Source: Octopus vulgaris (taxonomy: Eukaryota). Taken from it: a stretch of 64,000 nt of DNA. Below the pieces are notes generated by a model that was not told where the DNA came from, searched no databases, and saw only the letters and a program-made list of their open reading frames with translations. Made by a program: the position numbers and the translations under genes. This document shows, one piece after another, positions 53,641 to 64,000 of this stretch. The stretch lies in contig OX597814.1 in NCBI GenBank assembly GCA_951406725.2, positions 16,740,001-16,804,000 on the forward strand, read 5' to 3'. Position 1 is the stretch's first letter. Every line of letters starts with the position of its first letter.

Positions 53641-53711
53641 GTGTGCCAGTATGTATAAGTATATATGTATAAATATATATATGTAAATACATACATAAAT
53701 AAATATATATA

Positions 53712-54107
53712 TTCTTTTATTCTTTTACTTGTTTCAGTCATTTGACTGCGGCCATGCTGGAGCACTACCTTTAGTCGAATAAATTGTCCCCAGGACTAAT
53801 TCTTTGTAAGCCTAGTACTTATTCTATTGGACACTTTTGCCAAACCGGTAGGCTACGGGGACGTAAACACACCAGCATCGGTTGTCTAGTGAGGATTGGA
53901 GGACAAGCACAGACACACACACAAATATACACAGATACATATACTACGGGTATCTTTTGTTTTCCGTCAACCAAATCCACTCACAAAGCTTTGGTCGGCC
54001 CGAAGCTATAGTAGAAGACACTTGCCCAAGTTGCTACATAGTGGGACTGAACACGGAACCATGTGGTTGCAAAGCAAGCTTCTTACCACACAGCCACTCC
54101 TGCGCCT
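53712..54107 (-). mobile_element. SINE family B (diverged)
   Basis: Full-length match. Confidence 0.85.
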
Positions 54108-54594
54108 ATTTTTCAACTGGTCAGTCGAATAACATATCAAATACTGACCTGCCTATGGTTGCCTGATCAATTCGAGTCAATATATTGCGATATCTTGCGT
54201 AGTCTTACGGTTATTGCATATCTTCCAAAACTGATTAAACGGTGTTACGTAATAACAAAATCTCTTGATGAAACATTGTAGCGTGGCCATATAATGCAAT
54301 GAGTCTGTATTATTATATAATTATTATATTATATATAGTCACGGATTAGCGTATATTAAACTCTTTATTAATGATGTGGATTGTTGATTTGTTGATTTGT
54401 GCCATACTCATAAAACCGGTTTCCCAGTTATGCGCAATATGCATTGTCTCCTTGCTGGAATATTTAATTTTTCACCATGACCGGAAACGTACTCCTGAAA
54501 CGGTCGTAGATGGAATACTCTCCGAGCTTGAATCCTATTTTATTAATGTTTTTCTTACCCTTGATATCGAGCACAATTTCTATCTTATATTCTA

Positions 54595-55013
54595 CTAGCA
54601 GTATCGCCCGGCGTTGCTCGGGTTTGTAAGGGAAATAACTATATAAGCGTTATCAGAGAGTTATAGCCAAAAAATAGCAAAAAAATGCATTAAAAATGGG
54701 AAAAAAATGATGGTAATTTTTTTTTTAATCGTTGTGTCATCGTAGACATTTTTAGAGAGTTACTTCCCTTATATAATAGCGAAAAAAATGCCTTAAAATG
54801 GAAAAAAACGATGGTAAATTATTTTTAAATCGTAGACTCATCGTAGACTCATCGTAGACTCATCGTAGACGCGCGCTAATACCCAGAAGGGCTCGATATG
54901 AATCACGACTATAAGATACCCGGTTTTGGTTAAACTGCACCGCAAAATGTGGGAGTAGTTAGGAATCTAAATCGTAGGAGACAGACACACAACTTGACTT
55001 TTATATATAAAGA
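54595..55013 (-). mobile_element. Non-autonomous Helitron
   Basis: Minus strand starts a|TCTTTATATATAAAAG and ends with hairpin CCCGAGCAACGCCGGG followed by CGATACTGCTAG|t. Insertion between A and T, no TSD, internal (GTAGACTCATC)n repeat. Confidence 0.8.
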
Positions 55014-55428
55014 TATGTGTAAGTGATTTTTAGACGATTTAGGCGGTTTCCTATTTTAAAGGCTGATGTATTTATTCTTATATTCATCAAACTCTCATTC
55101 GTTTGGCACCTCCTGTATTTATCACGCATAACTCTTTACATGTAAATTTTATTTATATGCAATTTTACATGTATTTTTATATATTCTTATATTTCTTCTA
55201 TATTTTTAAGTATTTTTGATTATATTCTTTATACCCTTGGAGAGTCTTAACGCCTGTATTTGCATGATTTATGTTAATGCGTATTAATATATATGATTCA
55301 ATTATTTTGATTTAAAATTTTCGTTTATGCGTTCAGGAATCTGTTTCACTGCCTATGATTTGCGTTTTCAAATTTCTCTACAGCCAAAGCGAAAACATAC
55401 AGAGTAGAGAAAATTAAAAACGCAAATC

Positions 55429-55507
<79 letters not shown>

Positions 55508-55527
55508 TACATATATACATATACAGG

Positions 55528-55577
<50 letters not shown>

Positions 55578-55995
55578 GAGAGAGATAATTATAAAGAGTA
55601 TAATGAAGATTAAGTGCACAGAAGCCATTGAGCCTATATGCTAGAAAAAGACACCAAATTCGTGAATCTTGGAGTGGTTGGACGTATTTGGCGTCTTTTC
55701 TAGCATATAGGCACAGTGGCTCCAGTGGCCTTAAATATAATTATATTCTATATGATCATATACTACAGAATGAAAGAAAGAAAGAAAGAGAGATCTCAAA
55801 CAAGATTTACAATATTATCGTTAATGGTGTGAAATTGTAAAGATTTTGAACGACAAATGACGAAGAAAGGACGTGTTCATGTGTTGTGTGAATTTCCCGT
55901 TGGTTACATGTCGCCTTTCTGTTTAATTTATGAATTGCATACATATGTGTGTGTGCGCGCGCCTGTATACATACATATATATATATATATATATA

Positions 55996-56327
55996 TGAAA
56001 AAATAAGTCAAGATAGAAAATGCTAAAATAATTTTATAAAGATCATTTCAGTACCGGTTTCAGTCATTTTGAGACCTTTTCAACTTGACAACGACCTCGA
56101 ACCCACAAGTGTAAAGAAGAGAGACAGAGAAAGGCAGAAACAAGGAAAATGTCATTTATATTTGAACACTATACAAATATTCTTTTAAAAAAACTTTTCT
56201 TTTAATTTTTCTAAATTTAATTATTTAATGGTTACAGTTGAAAAGGTCTCAAAATGACTAAAACCGGTACTGAAATGTTCTTTATAAAATTATTTTAGCA
56301 TTTTCGATCTCGACTTATTTTTTCATA
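55996..56327. mobile_element. Small non-coding element with ~90-bp inverted repeats containing a U3-A8 hammerhead-like motif
   Basis: 55996-56085 is the reverse complement of 56236-56327. Consensus CAG-TTGAAAA-GGTC tcaaaat GACT-GAAAC CG GT A-CTG. Flanked by (TA)n. Confidence 0.75.
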
Positions 56328-56358
56328 TATATCAACTCGTGTGTTCCTTTTTATCCTT

Positions 56359-56416
<58 letters not shown>

Positions 56417-56526
56417 ATAAAAATTTTCCACCATTCAAGGGAATCAAGTGCTCAAACAGTAAAAGCAGCAAGGTCAGGTCGGTTATATGTATGTAAGTAT
56501 GAATATATGTAGATATAAATACATAA

Positions 56527-56573
<47 letters not shown>

Positions 56574-56646
56574 CATATACATATATATATACATAAATAC
56601 ATATATATATATATATTCATACATATATATATATATATATATATAT

Positions 56647-56762
56647 TGCCCTCATTTGCGCCCCCTGGTCTCTCGACTGGGCCTCTCGACAGGAAGACAT
56701 CCAGTTTTGATTTGAAAACACCTGCATCCACTTTGTGTAGATCCCTCAGGCTCTTTGGGAGG

Positions 56763-56764
<2 letters not shown>
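56647..56764 (-). mobile_element. CR1-group LINE fragment in (TA)n
   Basis: [27 protein letters not shown] motif. Confidence 0.6.
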
Positions 56765-56794
<30 letters not shown>

Positions 56795-57259
56795 ATGTAT
56801 ATGTGTGCGTGTTTGTGTGTACATGAATGTATATGTATATACATATATATATATGTATTATGTCAGTGTGTTTGTTTGTATGTGTGAGTGTATTTCTGTC
56901 TCTGTTTCTTCCCCCTCTCCAACACCACCACCAGACAACTGGTGTTAATGTGTTGGTGTCCCTGTTACCTAGTCGTTCAGTAAAAGAGATCGAGAGAATA
57001 AGTATAAGGCTTTCAAAAAATACTGGGCTTGGACTTATTCGACTGAAATGCTTCAAAATAACACTTGACGAATGCATATGCAAGAATATAATATATTCCA
57101 GTAATATACATGTATATATATATATATATATATACGCAAACACACACACACACACACACACGCACACACTGATATATTTGCATATTACATACTTGTGTGA
57201 TTGTATGTATATGTTTCTATATAAATATAAAATAGATAGAATGTATAGATACATACATA

Positions 57260-58790
<1,531 letters not shown>

Positions 58791-58869
58791 GCAAGAGAGT
58801 GAGGCATAACGGAGAGAGTGATGGATTGATACGTCCCTAGATTGCTACAACGTTAGAAAGATAAACATA

Positions 58870-59224
58870 GGCGCAGGAGTGGCTGTATGGTAAGTAGCTT
58901 GCTTACCAACCACATGGTTCCGGGTTCAGTCTCACTGCGTGGCACCTTGGGCAAGTTTCTTCTACTATGGCCTCGGGCCGACCAAAGCCTTGTGAATGGA
59001 TTTGGTAGACGGAAACTGAAAGAAGCCTATCGTATATATATATATATATATATGTGCTTGTTTGTGTTTGTCCCCCTACCATCGCTTGACAACAGATGCT
59101 GGTATGTTTACGTACCCGTAACCTAGCGGTTCGGCAAAAGAGACCGATAAAATAAGTACTAAAGGTGGTGCTCCAGCATGGCCAAAGTCAAATGACTGAA
59201 ACAAGTAAAAGAGTAAAAGAGAGA
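58870..59224 (+). mobile_element. SINE family B with internal deletion
   Basis: Head and tail intact; ~40 bp missing after AAGTACT. Confidence 0.88.
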
Positions 59225-60253
59225 GTCACGTCATATGTTAGAAATAAACATCTATATGATAATCTGCTTGTTCGTTCGCCCGTTATACTTCAGAGCCGTG
59301 GATTAAGAGTGTGAAAGAGAGGGGAGGTAGGAGTGACGAAATAAGAGGGAAATATAGAGAAAGATGATTAATATTAATACACTTTGGCCAAAAGTAGTGG
59401 TTAAGAATGAGAGCAAAATACGGCAAGAGTAAAAGAGGGAGAGAGAAGCGTTAATGACGTGTGCTTGGTGGAGAAGGAATACTTATGACGTTGTTGAAAA
59501 GTTACCATAAGGGAAAGATTGAGAGAGATGGAGAGGGAAGTCAGTTGTATTGAGAAATAAAGAGAGAGATAGAGGGAGAGGGGGAGATATATGCTGATAG
59601 CGATGGTGGTGGTGGTGGTGGTGGTGGTGGATACTGAAAAGTATTTTTTATTGGAATATTTCTTTTTTATATGGCGACCATCGTTTAGTTCATGCGCATA
59701 AGTGCAATTATCTATCGTCTGCTCGCTTAAAAATTGATATTTGTTTATAAGGGTTAATTTAGCTTTCACGCTGGATTCATAAGAAATACGGTTACAAGCT
59801 GTTCGAGAAAGAATGCGCAGATATAGAGCACAGAGCAGAGAGGGACAGCGAGAAAATATAATAAAAAGAACACCCCGATGGAGACCTAAGGAAATTAATG
59901 TAGACGAAAGTCAAGTGTATCTAACGAAATCTAAATATGAATGCTTTAAAAATGCAAATTATCATTTCTTTCTTAAACAGGTCCTCTTAATTTTTGGGGG
60001 GGATTCTGTGGAATTTACACAGGCCCCACTTGTTTTATGCATAATGTTTCTGATATATTCAAAAACACACACGTGCGGTGATTGTGTGTGTGTGTGTGTG
60101 TGTGTGCTTCTGTGCTTATCTATATATATATATATATCACCGTGATCACCGTGACCGACCAGGCTATCAGATGTTGCTACACATCGCTGGTCACAATGCT
60201 CTTTGCATTGTTTTAGCCATCGAATAACGCCACCCCGCTGGCTAAGCGAGCAG

Positions 60254-60328
<75 letters not shown>

Positions 60329-60344
60329 GCCTGTATGTATATAT

Positions 60345-60426
<82 letters not shown>

Positions 60427-60846
60427 AAATATACATATAAGAAGGATGACCACGAAGTGGACATCCAATATGCTAGATGTAGACCCTAATGGTCTGACCA
60501 CAAAGAAAATATTGCTCTCAAGAAAATTCAGCAAACACCAGAACGTAAGCGAGCAAGATAAATTAAAAGGTACAAAATATAACGATTATTCACATACCAA
60601 GTTTCATTGTTACCACTTACGTATTACGTAAATGTCCGCAAATCATCAGCGTGACTGTCATAGAAAATATAAATTGCAGAACTATAAACGAGACGTCCAC
60701 ATGTGACTGAATATGGATATAGTTCAACCGAGTATATTTGGGTGTATATTTCAAAAGTTTTCGCTTTAGCGCGCCAAAAAACCGGAAATTATTCTGCAGA
60801 AAATAATTTTCCGCAGTGAATTCTGCCGGTTAGAGAACATGGTTAT

Positions 60847-61843
60847 TTAAATTAAAATAATAAGGGTACAAAATTGAATATTAATTTGATTAATATCAAT
60901 GTAAACCAGTGGCCTAGCATATTGAAAAAATCTCAAGATTCAGAAAATTGGATGTCCACTTAGTACGAGGGGCGTTCAATAAGTAATGCCCCTGACCCAC
61001 TTGCAGAGTGCTCGAGGATGAATTTGGAGATGTGCCAAGAAGATGAGTCAAAATTTTTCAAAAGACTGATCACACAGGATAAAACCTGGGTCCATCACTA
61101 TGATCCAGAGACCAAAGCCCAGTCAATGCAGTGAAAGCACCGTGACTCACCTCCTCCAAAGAAGGCAAGGGTGCAGCCCTCCGCTGACAAGGTTATGCTC
61201 ACAGTCTTCTGGGACCAGGACGGAGTAGTGATGACAGATTTCCTGGCAAAGGGTACCACAATTACAGGAGCCTATTATGCTTCACTTTTGAGGAAATTAA
61301 GAGAAGCTATCAAAATCAAGAGGCGGGGCAAGATCAGCAAAGGCATCCTCCTCCTGCAGGACAACGCTCCGGTCCACAACTCGCGTGTCGCCAGATCAGA
61401 AGCACAAGCGTGCAGCTATGAACTCCTCCCCTTGCACCCTCTGATTTTCACCTTTTCCCAGCCATGAAGTTGATTTTGAAAGGAAAGCGTTTCCCAGATG
61501 ATGCAGCCTTGATTTCTGAAGTCACGTCGTGGTTGGAGGACCAAGCTGGGGTCTTCTACAAAAACGGTCTCCAGAGCTGTATCAAACGATGGGAGAAATG
61601 CATAACTCTGGGTAGTTCCTATGTAGGAAAAGACTAATAACTGTGCCAAGTGTCGTTGCTCTACTGCTATGGGAAGTGGGTCAGGGGCATTACTTATTGA
61701 ACGCCCCTCGTAGCCATCCCTCTTATATGTATGTAATATAATTTTTCTGAATCTTCAGATTTTTTCAATATGCTAAGCCACTCTTTTAAATTGATAGTAA
61801 TCAAATTAATATTCATTTTTTTGCCCTTATTATTTTAATTTAA
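60847..61843. repeat. ~100-bp inverted repeats enclosing the mariner
   Basis: 60847-60946 is an imperfect reverse complement of 61743-61843. Confidence 0.75.
60966..61710 (+). mobile_element. Internally deleted mariner DNA transposon
   Basis: Perfect 37-bp TIRs (CGAGGGGCGTTCAATAAGTAATGCCCCTGACCCACTT), TA target duplication, transposase remnants WVHHYDPETK, KVMLTVFWD, LLLQDNAPVH. Confidence 0.95.
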
Positions 61844-62298
61844 CTATTCACAAATATATATATACATATTCCACACACGCCAGCTTAATTTAATTTGTCC
61901 TTAGTCGAAAGACACTTGTTGTTATGTCCTGTTATTATTTTTATTATATTTGTGCAACATTGTCCGATTTTTCCCGTCCTCATTTTTGTATACATTTCTT
62001 ACCAGAAATCTAATGCTCTTAGCCTAGTTTTTCCTTGGAGCTGGCCAGATTGGAGCAATCTCGAGCAATCTCGAGTATAATCAACAGAAATTGCGAAGAT
62101 AATCTAGTATTCGACTGAGGAAATAAAACTTCGAAAGACGGAGCGGAAAAAGCAAGACGGTTCATTCGTGGCTCTCTATTCATCAGTCATGCTTCCAATT
62201 GTCATTACAATTTCGGACTGTTACATTTGAGACTTCCTTGTTTTGCTGCTTCCTTGTTTTCTTTGTATCGTCTATCCGGATGCTTTGTTGTGCCATTT

Positions 62299-62387
<89 letters not shown>

Positions 62388-63049
62388 GACAATAATGTTC
62401 TTGTGCCAAAGATATTCTGTCAAGCAAAACAAATACTTCTGAGTTTGTGGAGAGCAGGTTTCATGCGTGGTTGGTATAGAAAGAAGCATGTACACTCTGA
62501 AAATCATAGTGCTGACTGGATACAATAACATGATTTATCGACCCTCGTTGGGTTGCACAGTTAGGAAGGTGTGATTGTTGTTGTGTCTGACATATTCGGT
62601 GAAACTTGATATAACCGAGCTGACAATGTGTCCAAGCGAAAGTTATTTAATATTATATATAGTACAATACTAATACAGTTACAGATGCATATGTGGGTGC
62701 ATGTGTCTGTATGTGTGTACGCGCGTACGTGCGTTCGTGCATGCGTGAGTGTGTGTGTGTGCGCGCGCGTGTGAATATATCGTATGTTTTACTTCTTTTA
62801 TTCATTGGACTACGGCATCGACTCCACGGGTCTTTAGTCAAACGAATCTCCAGACACATCTGGCACTTAATTGTTAAAGTATTAAATATATCGGTCACAT
62901 TCAACTAAGCGCTACGTTATGGGGACATAAAAAAAGCAACAATGAGAATCAAGTGTCTATGGGAGACAACTACAAACGAAGACATAAACATCTCTCTATC
63001 TTTCTCTCCGTCTATCTATCCATCTATCTATCTCTCTCTCTCCTCTATC

Positions 63050-63123
<74 letters not shown>

Positions 63124-63779
63124 AGCTTAATAACCATATTATTACAATCAATCAATATATAAGCAGGATTAAACACTACTTTTTATAAAACTGCAACAAA
63201 AGACATATAAATCAATGTACATTGTATCGGTAATAATAGTAAACTGCAATAACTAAATTATGCGCTAAATTGCGACTAGTGTTTAAGTCAGTATAAATAA
63301 TAATCCCACCGGTCTTCCATAGATACTACTATAATGAAAGTTCAAGCCTTATATAAATTTTCCAAAATAAAACACGATAGAAATTAATTTAACTAATATT
63401 TTTATGAGTAAAGTACATTATTTCATCATTCAAAAGTTAATAATAAAACGCTACATCCTCATTAATATATCACCACTACAAGTTATAATATTAAATAACC
63501 AGTGATTAATATAAACTTGAATTTCATTAAATAAGACCTAATAAAACTACTTGTAATTAACTGTTAATATAAACCTTGATATGTTTAAAGCTAATTGAAC
63601 CGTTTAAAAGATAATAAATCTACAAGTATTAACACTTACATGTTTAATTAGACTCGCGGTTCCCCAACCAAGAATCTAAAAGGCCAACTAAATATTGATG
63701 ACGTAATTGGTGCGTAATTACTAATTATTCAAATGTCTCAATATTGGTGACGTAGTATATACGTATGTATATATATATG

Positions 63780-64000
63780 TGGAGGCGCAATGGCCCAGTG
63801 GTTAAGGCAGCGGACTCGCGGTTTCGATTTCCAGACCGGGCGTCGTGAGTGTTTATTGAGCGAAAACACCTAAAGCTCCACGAGGCTTCGGCAGGGGATG
63901 GTGGTGATCCCTGCTGTACTCTTTCACCACAACTTTCTCTCACTCTTACTTCCTGTTTCTGTTGTATCTTGTATTTCAAAGGGCCGGCCTTGTCACTCTC
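63780..64000 (+). mobile_element. SINE family C (runs off the window end)
   Basis: Same head and body as the other family C copies. Confidence 0.9.

Noticed and set aside
60918-60950. TTGAAAA-AATC..GATT-caGAAAA as a U3-A8 hammerhead
   Set aside because: It reads inward, unlike all supported cases, has extra bases before GAAA, and matches are easy in A-rich DNA.

Overview
AT-rich, microsatellite-saturated animal DNA with no recognisable host protein-coding gene. The SINE repertoire looks like Octopus (recognised from memory, not database-verified). The window is almost entirely transposon-derived: three abundant tRNA-headed SINE families, two Penelope-like retroelements (PLEs; RT + GIY-YIG), mariner, Helitron, R4/Dong, RTE, CR1-group and Gypsy fragments, and MITEs. 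The main hidden signal is a set of sequence-unrelated, non-coding elements that each carry a type-I hammerhead ribozyme (HHR) motif, show PLE-style tandem and/or inverted architecture, and often abut (TA)n. They include a 644-bp tandem unit whose HHR has a 73-nt insertion in stem II, a 482-bp unit, a tRNA-headed (Pol III) SINE with an HHR-like tail arranged as a 665-bp palindrome, and small U3-A8 variant HHR elements. Both coding PLEs carry HHR motifs in their terminal repeats. Together this suggests a system of retrozyme-like passengers mobilised by PLEs. There is also a clear footprint of SINE-templated copying of 135 bp of unique DNA across about 42 kb. All RNA folds were made by eye and are untested.
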